Assembly: GCA_044892525.1 (NCBI GenBank) | Contig: CM097885.1 | Span: 42,782,001-42,846,000 of the forward strand | Reading direction: 5' to 3' | Length of the DNA: 64,000 nt | From: Schmidtea polychroa | Lineage: Eukaryota | Shown here: in pieces, positions 44,660 to 57,303 of the stretch | Layout: each line of letters starts with the position of its first letter | Position numbering within the stretch: position 1 is the first letter of the stretch | Program-made: the position numbers and the translations under genes | The notes under the pieces: generated by a model | Seen by the model: the letters and a program-made list of their open reading frames with translations, nothing else | Databases searched by the model: none | Told to the model about the DNA's origin: nothing

Positions 44660-47600
44660 TTATTTGCGATAAATATATCTGGTATTGTTAGTATTGTTAT
44701 TGTTTTTTTTGGATTTTAGTCGTTTTTCGTCTCTCACAAGTTTTGGACCTTGACTTTTGGCAAGCGTGGATTCCATCTGTACTTTCTCAATTTTTTCTTG
44801 ATTGAGAATTTGATTTGTATTAGGATGTCGATTCAAAACCGTTTGGTCGACTGATTTTCTGGCGAGTTTAGAAGTAGTTGAAGCGGTGTAAAAATCTGAA
44901 GGATTAAACTGAGTTATTTTTATTTGATTTTGATTTTTGAAGGTTTCTGAGGTGGAATTTCTGTTTTTAATGATATCATCTATGAGGTTTTCACAATGAC
45001 TATATCGATATGGTACATTTTCTACGGAGTTGGACGTGTAATCGTTTGTTGCAAATATATTGAATCTTTTGTTCAAAGCTTCTGGTGAATTAAGACCAGG
45101 ATCTTCGGAATTTCCTTTAGGATAAACTTGACTGAACTTAATTATAAAGTATTTAAAAGACAGATACAAATTAAATGGACGAAATATTTTTATATAAACT
45201 GACTTTTATTGTATATTTTATATTATTACATATTAACTATCACGTGTGAAAATTGGTGTTGGGGAATAGGCTAGAGGCAGTTATTAAAGAAATAAGGAGA
45301 TTATTTTGGGATATAAAGTGAACCAAAATTAAGACGGTGGTGAAATGTTCAATCAAAATGGTTATTGTTTCCCTTTCGAGGGTTTCGGCACTCCATCATA
45401 GCAGAGATAGAATAATTGAATGTCGATTGTTCCAGTAGTTTGCACAACAAAACTTTAGAGTTGTTTCTTATTGATTAAAGAACACGAGGAGTCAGTAATT
45501 AACTAATGGTTATAGTTTTATTAAACAAATAATAGTTGTGACATGGACGTAGCCAGGATTTGAGCTTGGAGGGGCAAAATTATTATTTAATGAAATTCAT
45601 CGACCAATATTAAAAGTTGACACAGAGAAAAGAAAAAAATTTTTTAAGATAATTAACAAATTTATAATTAATTATTAACAATGTATATTACATAGAATAT
45701 ATTACAATATATTAAGGGTACTCATAAGTAATCAATTATTTTTAGTGTGGAATATTTGCTTCAGTCTAGCTCAGAGCGTGTAGGTGTAAAGTTGAGTTTT
45801 ATTAGGCAATATTACAATCCGTGGTTTTATGACAAGTGAATTAAAATATTTTTATTACTTTGGTGCAAAATAGCGGACAATCAACTAACTGAAGAACATT
45901 TACGTCATTCCATGCTGTTTTATTTTCGATAGGGTGTTAATGCAGCGGTTGCAACAAAGAAAATTTGTGATGTGTATGGAAAAATATTGAATTTAAATAA
46001 GTGTCAACGTTAGTTTAGAAAATTTTCCAATGGCGATTTTGACTTGTCTGATAGCGATCGAAGTGGGGTTTGTTAATGACTTTTAAAAAACACTGGTGCA
46101 AACGAATTCCAAATTGAGTATCCAGGAAATAGCAAACACTCTTCAGGCTACTTGGTCAACAGTACAAAGACATCTTCACAAAATCGGGCAAGTTTGCAGG
46201 CAGGGTATGGGTCCCACATCTATTATTGAAGATGAATAAAGATCAACGACGTACAATTTGCACAACTCTTTTGTGCAGAGAAAGAAGTGATGCATTTTTA
46301 TGAAGGATTGTTACTAATATTAATTATAAATTGTTAATAATATTAATTCGTCTTTGTCCCTTCATTAATTCAAAAAGTATTTCAGTTGAACTTATTTTAA
46401 TGTATTGATGAATATATAACAAAGCCAAACCGTTTAACCATTTTTCATCCATGGTATTTCTTAAATATGACTTCATTTATTTAAGTGATGAAAAAGTACT
46501 ATTATCAGTATATTTATTCGAAACGGCTGTTCATTTAGAAAGAAAACTCAACAGGGTTGATTGACTTTTATTTGCTTTATTTTTATTTCTATCAATATAA
46601 TCACAGTGGCAACAAAATGAATAAAATAAAAGAATAATAGTACCTACTGTAGTGGAAAATATTAAAATGATTATTAAACCTTTTATTACATATAAAATAA
46701 AGAGACTATTGCAATTCAAAACTATTAACTCAAAACTAACACAATTAAATGTGTCAAATACGGAGAAGTGGGGGTTGTTTACACGCACAGCCGAGCACAA
46801 CGACACTTGTAACCGGCACTCGTCTATGTACTTTGTTGTGCAGAAAAGACAGACAAATTACAGGAATAATTATCGCGAGCATAGTTGTACTGTCTTGGAT
46901 TTGAAAAGACTTAACTAAGAATATACATTTTTTTATTTTCATAATTTTCATAACAAAACCAAAAGAAAGGTTTTATTAAAATATTTCATCCCTAATTTAT
47001 ATTTTCTAATATATAATTTATTTGAGGGGGGGGGGGGGAGGGGACAAATGTGCTCTATGTCTTTTGGATCCTTGGTGTTGATTTTTGATAATTTAAAAAA
47101 TCGTGTTTCTCATCTATTAGTGTGACCTTTGCATTTATTGGTGTTAATATTTCATTTAGTAATATTAATTTTGCAATAACTAATGTTTTTTTTCATTTAA
47201 TTTCACTTATAAATTATTTATAATTATAGTTTAGATGAATTTTAGATGAAATTTTAAAAGAATACAAGATGAATGCAATGAAAGTGTAATGATTAAACAA
47301 ACAACAGAAAGTGGGGAAAACATTTATTTTACTATATTATTTATTTCCAAAAAATTAATGTATTTTTACATTTATCTACATTTACGTTTAATATATTTTT
47401 TCCTTCGAAGAAAATTATTTCATTATATGTTGAAAAATTAAAAAAAATTTAATAAATATTGGAAATTCAGTATTTTAATAAAATAGATTTTTGAAAGTTA
47501 TGACCTATTTTTAGCTTATCAGAAATAAATAATATATAGCAGAGGTGGGCATGCATGAGGTCCTCGAGAGCCAAATACAGGTTTTTCCTTTATTACAAAG

Positions 47601-49677
47601 AGCCACAACATAAGAAATCAGACTTCAATGGGAGCTACACAGCTCATCAAAAAGCCGTACTTTCCCAACCCTTATTGTCCAATTCCTTATTCTCATTTAT
47701 CTAATAATTTATATTTGCACTGGAGTCATTCTGTATTATGATTCATCTAAACTATAATTATATAAAATTAAATGAATATGACATTGTTTCAAAGTATTTA
47801 CTTAATAAATTCCATGAGATATAATATGACCAATATTTATGAGCATTAATTATATTAAAATGAGCCTTCATTTTTTTAAATGAGAATTAAAGAACTTTAT
47901 CATTAATTATATTGAATGATCGCTATTTATATTTTATGTGCGTTATTATATTAAGGTACTTTTTTTTGTTATGCGTGCATTAAATGGCTCAATTACAACG
48001 CATAGCACATTATTCAAGCGATATAAAAGAGGAGATTGACAATACCCAAAACAACACAGTTTCTAATATAAAACGCTCAAAACAACCTCGAAGAAAGCGG
48101 GTAGCTTTTCAGACCTACGAGAACAAAGAACAAGCTTTAGACAAAATAAAAAGTGATGGAATTTAGAGCATTTTGATGACAAATATTACATGTGAAGCCA
48201 AGTACACTACATGTGCAATCAAGTCAAATGACGTTCTAAAAAGTGTCAAGCCGCTTGTTAAAAAGAAGTCACAAGAGCACGATCCAAGAGATATAAATTC
48301 AAAATGTTACAAGGAATAAACAACTATTCAACTTTCACATTGGACTGATAGATACAATTGGGCAAAGTCAAACAATGAAGTGGTTTCAATACCAGATACT
48401 GATGTAGAGACTACAAAATATTATATACCATCAGGCAAAACTGTTAAAATCTTAGATAAATATATAAAACACTACGAAAATGGTTGATTTAATATTTTAG
48501 AGACCTTCCAAGCTACACAATTCGGCATTTGGTGTGTTATCCCTACCAAACAATGGAGAAATATGGAAAATAGATACTTGTACATGTCCTGCATTTCTAA
48601 AGCACTACATTTCCAAATATTTGGTTGGTATGACGATCAGATTAAATTATTGCAAACCACCACCAGAAGCAAAAAATGTCGATATTGGAACCAAGCGTAA
48701 GAGGAGAAGACCTTCGAAAGCTAAAAAAAGCTTTACTAAGATAATGACAATTTTATAAATGATTATTTGTGATTTTTTTCAATTTCAAAATAATATAAAT
48801 AATGGTATTTTTTTTATCTAATGTTTTTTCTTAAATTGATTAATGTATTTTTTCATTTAAATTAATGTAGTTTTTTAAATAAATAATTTCTATAATAATT
48901 TCTAAATAATAATAATTTCAAAAATAATTTCTATAATTCTATTAAATTATTGCTAAAGCTTTATTATATTAATGCTCATCCAATATATTATTAATGCTCA
49001 ATTAAATACCAGCCATATAATATTACTACAGTAAATTCTACATAAGTGCCACAGGAGATTAATCAATCATTTGTTAAACACATAAAATTAATGAATAACA
49101 TCAAATTTTGATGAACCAATTTTTAATTCATTTCTTGTGGGTTTTATTTATCCAACAGAATAACTATTGAGTGTGATACTTATCAGATGCGGCACTTATT
49201 GTGAATTTATTGTGATTTTAATGAAATAATTGCTTACTCGAAATCGCTTCATCCTACAGTTTGATATCCCAACTGCCGCAATCATGGAGGATATCAAAAT
49301 GCATACAGATAGAGCAGAAATCACAAAAATTATAATTAATCTGTAATTTTCATTATTATTATACAATATTTTAATTAGGCCATTTTAAATTCTCTAATTC
49401 TCCAGCTGAATTTTTAGTTTTTAAAATCTTTGCTTATAGGGTGTCAGAAGAGTTTGGATTCATGAAAATAAATATATTTAAGTGTTTTATTACGGAAAAT
49501 ACCCAACTCGATATACCTTAATGTTTTTGATAATAATGTTGGATATTTTGTGCAAGCCTGTATCACAGTCTGACTCCTTGGTGTCCTTTTATTAATCAAA
49601 TCGAACCACCCAACACAATAATATATATTTGGAATTATCACAATTACACCACTTTTCTTCTTGTTAGAAGAAGACAT
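44660..49677 (-). CDS. Putative two-exon orphan gene (~210 aa); further 3' exons possible
   Basis: Exon 49517-49677 (MSSSNKKKSG..SKTL, AG|GTATAT, phase 2) joins in frame to exon 44660-45131 (ttcag|T CAA GTT TAT CCT). Confidence 0.5.
45542..47060. mobile_element. Non-autonomous hAT-like element interrupted by a mariner fragment
   Basis: Starts CATGGACGTAGCCAGG. Colinear with 29388-29700 on both sides of the mariner. The right boundary is approximate. Confidence 0.55.
45713..46316 (+). mobile_element. mariner transposase pseudogene (5' half)
   Basis: EEHLRHSMLFYFR*GVNAAVATKKICDVYG..FRKFSNGDFDLSDSDRSG, second HTH LSIQEIANTL, ending at RIVT. Stops and frameshifts. Confidence 0.85.
47984..48760 (+). 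mobile_element. Decayed MULE-like (SWIM finger) transposase
   Basis: CTCPAFLKHYISKY (degenerate SWIM) followed by AT-hook-like KRKRRRPSKAKK; fragmented frames. Confidence 0.6.
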
Positions 49678-49922
49678 AGTTTCACAGAAATCTTTATTCA
49701 CTTCAAAAATCTAAACGGAACACACAATCGTTATACTATTTATAGTACATTGAATTGCGTAATCTACAAAAGGGAGAATTATTAGTTTAAGTGATACTGT
49801 TGACACAGAAGACAAACATACTTACTTAATTTAGTTATACAAGCATTCCCGCATCATTCAATAGATATCAAGGTCTAGTGACCTGGTTATGTAAGTAATT
49901 CGTTGGAAATTATTATATCATC

Positions 49923-52061
49923 TTACATCCCCCTCCATTTAAAACTTTTGATCCATTCTACATTTCGAATTATTTCTTTGCCTTGCTTATTCTTTAGAAC
50001 ATAGCTTCTGTCATGTCGTTTTCCAGTTATTTCATAAGGCCCTTCATAACGTTCATCCATCTTTCTAGTATTTTCTTTTTTAACCAATACTTGGTCTCCA
50101 ACTTCAAAATTCCTATAATTTTGTGTAATTAAATTCTTTTCTATGTTTTGTTTATGTTTAATTCCCTCCACGATCTCCCTTCTCCGATTATTAGCATCAT
50201 TATTTTGTATATCCAAATTCTCTTTTTCCATCCATTGTCTACAAATATTCCGCCCAAATATTATTTCAGAGGGCGAAAATCCGGTTGTCTGCTGTATCGT
50301 CGCATTTAACATAAATTCCACATCTGGCAATATTTCTGCCCAATCTTTATGCCGTTTGTCTTTTAACGTAATTGCAATTGCATCCCTTATAGTTCTAAAT
50401 TGCCTCTCATCTAAACCGTTTGTACTATGATGATATGGGCTTGAATATATTATTGTAATATGATGCGTTTTCAACACTTCTAAAAGGAGTTGAGATTCAA
50501 ATGTTTTTCCTCTATCGGAGTGAATGATTTTAGGGGCACCAAATTTCAAAATCCAATTTTCTCTTAAAATCTTTGCCGTCGTCTTTTCATCCTGATGAGC
50601 AACTGCCGTCAATGATATATACCTACTGAATTGATCAATTATAGCTAAAATATATTGTTTTCCATGAATTGTTTTCTTAAATGGTCCGCAGAAATCAATA
50701 AATATCTCTTTGAAAACTTCATCTGTACTCTGTTTAATCAGCGGTTCTTTTGTTCGTCTTGTCCACGTCTTCCGTTTCTGACACTGTTCACAATTTTCAA
50801 TCACTCTTCTAACTTCATTTTCACTAATTTTCATTTTCATATTTTTCCGTGCATATTCGTAAATTTTTTTTACCCCTGCGTGACATAAGTCTTTATGTAT
50901 ATTAAAAATTACACCTTCATTATTTACTTTTATTTCTTGGTCCATATTTTCTAAGGCCAATATTTTAGTTTTATTTTTATCTACCTTGGCGTTTTCATGA
51001 ACTGTTTGGCACTGACTACATGAAGTACAGTCTTTCCTTGATAAGGCATCTGCGTTAGCATGCAATTCTCCTTTTCTGTATTCTAATTTGATATCTAGCC
51101 CACTTAAATAGTTAATCCATGTCTGGAATTGTGCTGTAATTGGCTTTTTTGTATTTATCATAAAGGTTATAGCTTTATGATCGGTTCTTAAAGTAAATCT
51201 TTTTCCATATAGATAGTGTTTGAAATGCTGAGTAAAATGATAGATTGCAAGCAATTCCTTTCGCGTAATGCAGTAACCGATTTCGTGCTTATTCATTGTC
51301 TTTGATCCATATGCAATAACTTGTTCTTGTCCATTACTACTCAACTGCGAAAGCACTCCCCCAATCGTATCGAAACTAGCATCTGTATCTAAAATAAAGG
51401 TTTTTCGTAAATCCGGAAATCCTAGTACTGGGGTAGACGTTAACGCTTTCTTTAGCGTGTTGAAATTTGTTTCACATTCTTCAGTCCATATAAGTTTATC
51501 TTTGTTAGACCCACATAACCTTTCTAATGGTCTTGCATACTTAGCGTAATCTTTAACAAATTTTCGATAATAATTTGTTAAGCCTAGAAAGCTTCTTAAA
51601 CGTTTAATACATTTAGGTTTTTCATATTCTTGCATTGCTTTTATCTTTTCATAATCTGTCTTAATATCATTTTTATTTATAATGTGTCCCAAAAATTTTA
51701 TTTCTAGTTTGTTAAAACAACATTTTTCTAAGCTTATTTTCAAACCAGCTTCTTGAATCTTTCGAAAAACTCTTTCTAGTCTTTTTTTATGTTCGATTTC
51801 ATTGTCTGCAAATATAAGGATATCGTCTAAATAAACAATTGCTTCTCTCCAATTAAGATCACCCAAAACTTGAGTCATTAATTTTTGAAAAGTTGCTGGG
51901 GCAGCTGCAATTCCAAAAGGCATTCGGTTAAAACAATATTGACCATCTTTTGTTGAAAATGCAGTCTTTATTTTTGATTCCTCTTCTAATTCCACTTGAT
52001 AATAAACATTACCAAGATCGATAGTGCTAAATATCTGTGCTCCATTTAGGATATCCATCAT
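49923..52061 (-). CDS. Ty3/gypsy pol (RT-RNaseH-integrase), 5'-truncated by an insertion at 52067
   Basis: FSTIDL..YYQV, RMPFG, VYLDDILI, LDTDAS, TDHKA, H..H..CEQC, IDFCGP, HSDRG, GPY. A polypurine tract GGAGGGGGA is followed by TGTAAG at the ORF end (3' LTR starts at 49927). Confidence 0.95.
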   Translation of the reverse strand: MMDILNGAQIFSTIDLGNVYYQVELEEESKIKTAFSTKDGQYCFNRMPFGIAAAPATFQKLMTQVLGDLNWREAIVYLDDILIFADNEIEHKKRLERVFRKIQEAGLKISLEKCCFNKLEIKFLGHIINKNDIKTDYEKIKAMQEYEKPKCIKRLRSFLGLTNYYRKFVKDYAKYARPLERLCGSNKDKLIWTEECETNFNTLKKALTSTPVLGFPDLRKTFILDTDASFDTIGGVLSQLSSNGQEQVIAYGSKTMNKHEIGYCITRKELLAIYHFTQHFKHYLYGKRFTLRTDHKAITFMINTKKPITAQFQTWINYLSGLDIKLEYRKGELHANADALSRKDCTSCSQCQTVHENAKVDKNKTKILALENMDQEIKVNNEGVIFNIHKDLCHAGVKKIYEYARKNMKMKISENEVRRVIENCEQCQKRKTWTRRTKEPLIKQSTDEVFKEIFIDFCGPFKKTIHGKQYILAIIDQFSRYISLTAVAHQDEKTTAKILRENWILKFGAPKIIHSDRGKTFESQLLLEVLKTHHITIIYSSPYHHSTNGLDERQFRTIRDAIAITLKDKRHKDWAEILPDVEFMLNATIQQTTGFSPSEIIFGRNICRQWMEKENLDIQNNDANNRRREIVEGIKHKQNIEKNLITQNYRNFEVGDQVLVKKENTRKMDERYEGPYEITGKRHDRSYVLKNKQGKEIIRNVEWIKSFKWRGM

Positions 52062-52249
52062 CTCTTAGTAGATGGATTGGTCACCGCTAGATCAGGTCAC
52101 CGCTAGATCACCTACCCCCCCCCCCACCCCCCCCCCCGGCAGGAAAAATTTTTTTAAGATTTTTTTTTCAAGGTCAAATTTTTAACAAAGACAATGACTC
52201 ATCAAGGTCATTGAAACAAAGAACTTTTTTTTTTTTTGTTTTAATTATC

Positions 52250-53515
52250 GTGATCTAGCGGTGACCTACCTTTTGACTTCCCAGAACTTTTTGAGTTTTC
52301 AAAATTATTTAAATATTTATACATCATTTTGAAGGCCAGACGAAAATCTATCTTTTAAGCCATAGAAATAATTTTTATCATCAGTGGTACAAAAGTTATT
52401 AATTTTTTAGTCAGACACTAATTTGGTTAAAATTATTATTATTTTTCAAAAATATTATTAAGTGATCTAGCGGTGACCTACCTTTTGACTTCCCAGAACT
52501 TTTTCAATTTTCAAAATTATTTAAATATTTATACATCATTTTGAAGGCCAGACGAAAATCTATCTTTTAAGCCATAGAAATAATTTTTATCATTAGTGGT
52601 ACAAAAGTTATTAATTTTTTAATCAGACACTAATTTGGTTAAAATTATTATTATTTTTCAAAATATTATTATTTTCAAGGTCATATTATTATTAAGTGAT
52701 CTAGCGGTGACCTACCTTTTGACTTCCCAGAACCTTTTGAGTTTTCAAAATTATTTAAATATTTATACATCATTTTGAAGGCCAGACGAAAATCTATCTT
52801 TTAAGCCATAGAAATAATTTTTATCATCAGTGGTACAAAAGTTATTAATTTTTTAGTCAGACACTAATTTGGTTAAAATTATTATTATTTTTCAAAAATA
52901 TTATTAAGTGATCTAGCGGTGACCTACCTTTTGACTTCCCAGAACTTTTTCAATTTTCAAAATTATTTAAATATTTATACATCATTTTGAAGGCCAGACG
53001 AAAATCTATCTTTTGAGCCATTAAAATAATTTTTATCATCAGTGGTACAAAAGTTATTAATTTTTTAGTCAGACACTAATTTGGTTAAAATTATTATTAT
53101 TTTTCAAAAATATTATTAAGTGATCTAGCGGTGACCTACCTTTTGACTTCCCAGAACTTTTTCAATTTTCAAAATTATTTAAATATTTATACATCATTTT
53201 GAAGGCCAGACGAAAATCTATCTTTTAAGCCATAGAAATAATTTTTATCATTAGTGGTACAAAAGTTATTAATTTTTTAGTCAGACACTAATTTGGTTAA
53301 AATTATTATTATTTTTCAAAAATATTATTAAGTGATCTAGCGGTGACCTACCTTTTGACTTCCCAGAACTTTTTGAGTTTTCAAAATTATTTAAATATTT
53401 ATACATCATTTTGAAGGCCAGACGAAAATCTATCTTTTAAGCCATAGAAATAATTTTTATCATCAGTGGTACAAAAGTTATTAATTTTTTAGTCAGAGAC
53501 TGATTTATGGTTAAA
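52250..53515 (+). repeat. Tandem array, six ~212-bp units
   Basis: GTGATCTAGCGGTGACCTACCTTTTGACTTCCCAGAAC starts at 52250, 52462, 52696, 52908, 53120 and 53332. Confidence 0.97.
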
Positions 53516-53589
53516 ATTTTCAAAAATGTTCAAAATTTACTAAGTAATTTGCGGGTGATTTGTCAATCATCCAATCAGGTACGACTTTG

Positions 53590-53838
<249 letters not shown>

Positions 53839-53845
53839 ATTATTA

Positions 53846-54095
<250 letters not shown>

Positions 54096-54126
54096 TATTA
54101 AACAAATCAACAAAACATACATTTAT

Positions 54127-54456
54127 TTAAACAATAAAATAATGTAAAATTAACAAAGGTAAACTAAATATTGATGTACTACTATTCGCAGCAATATTGT
54201 TTGAAATTGGTAACGTCGAATTGATTTTCAGATATTCTATTGATCCTTTGATTGTTTGAATTTCTCTTAATAATAATTCAATCTTTTTTAACAAATAATC
54301 ATGCTTCTTATCAATAATTTTCATATTCTTTTTATTTTCAACAATAGAGTTATTGAAAACTTCAATATGATCAATCAATTTAATTTTTATATTTTGTATA
54401 TATGCAAATGATAGTTCATAACTGTTCTATTGGTCACTATAACACAATAATTTCAT
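54127..54456 (-). pseudogene. Small coiled-coil ORF with hydrophobic C-terminus and one premature stop
   Basis: ATG 54456 is in frame with ORF 54127-54378 apart from a TAG at codon 10. The stop overlaps AATAAA. Confidence 0.4.
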
Positions 54457-54618
54457 TTTGTTTAAATCGTTGATTATATTATTTTTTTTTGTTTTAATTA
54501 TCGATTATGTTTGTTTAAATTATCGATTATGTAATTATTCAATTTATCATTATTATTGAGAAAGAACGCCCGCGCGGAAGATTAAAATTATTATTATTAT
54601 TTTCAAAGTTTTAATCAA

Positions 54619-54678
<60 letters not shown>

Positions 54679-54699
54679 AATTTAAAAGTTATTTTGAAA

Positions 54700-56407
<1,708 letters not shown>

Positions 56408-56814
56408 CTCCTAGTCTATCCGACAAAATATTTTGTCCCCCTATGGGTACTGTTCACACTCAACAGGTTGCAAGGGTACTAGTCATGTTTATTATTATTG
56501 TTATACAATATGATGTTACTTAGACATTTGAAGGTTCAACCATGGTTACAATTTCTACATTTTGAAAACTCTAATTTGATTGGCTATCTCAATCGTTATA
56601 AATGTAAAAACAAAAGTAATTTAGTTATTAAGAAATTTATTTATTACTGATGATTTCAACAAGTAACACTGTTGAATATGAATGTATAAATCACAAAACA
56701 CATTTGGTAACTTTATTATTTTGTCAATATTTTTATATATGTCATTTATAGCAAGGAAATCCTACTAGAAATAAGGAAATATTAAGTCCAACCTATTCCG
56801 AAGATAAGCGTTCA

Positions 56815-57303
56815 TTGAAATTTTTCAACACAGTTGAAGATTTTATAAATAATCATGATACTTACACTGATAAGGAAATCATAAATATTTTAAAAATTTT
56901 TAAACATTCCTCTATTCAATATTTGATTGATTTATTTAATTATGATAAATGCATTTTAAAGTTATCTAGTTATTTAATGTATTTAGAAAAAACAGTGGTA
57001 AACAACGATTCACTGAATGAATGCTTTTGGAGTTGCATGTATTTAAGGTTGAAACCGGGATATAGTAGATTGATTTATGAATGGATAGCAAAAGCCGATT
57101 TGATTGAAAATAAGCTAACGGAAAAACTGAACGATGTTAAGAAAAGGTATTTAACTTGTTCAATTTGTAAAGAAAATCAAGTTTCGGTTTTGTATTTACC
57201 GTGTGGTCACGTAATTGTTTGTTCTAAGTGTCACGAGAAGAATGTTCACAATTGTCAAGCCTGTTCAACACTGATTAATGAATATCATACTATATACATG
57301 TAA
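56815..57303 (+). CDS. Protein with C-terminal IAP/MDM2-type RING finger (true start uncertain)
   Basis: CSICKENQVSVLYLPCGHVIVCSKC..CQACSTLINEYHTIYM*, preceded by a short coiled-coil. The ORF opens on TTG. Confidence 0.75.
   Translation: MKFFNTVEDFINNHDTYTDKEIINILKIFKHSSIQYLIDLFNYDKCILKLSSYLMYLEKTVVNNDSLNECFWSCMYLRLKPGYSRLIYEWIAKADLIENKLTEKLNDVKKRYLTCSICKENQVSVLYLPCGHVIVCSKCHEKNVHNCQACSTLINEYHTIYM

Noticed and set aside
52250..53515. CRISPR-like array
   Set aside because: The whole 212-bp unit is repeated, with no unique spacers and no cas genes, in a eukaryotic context.
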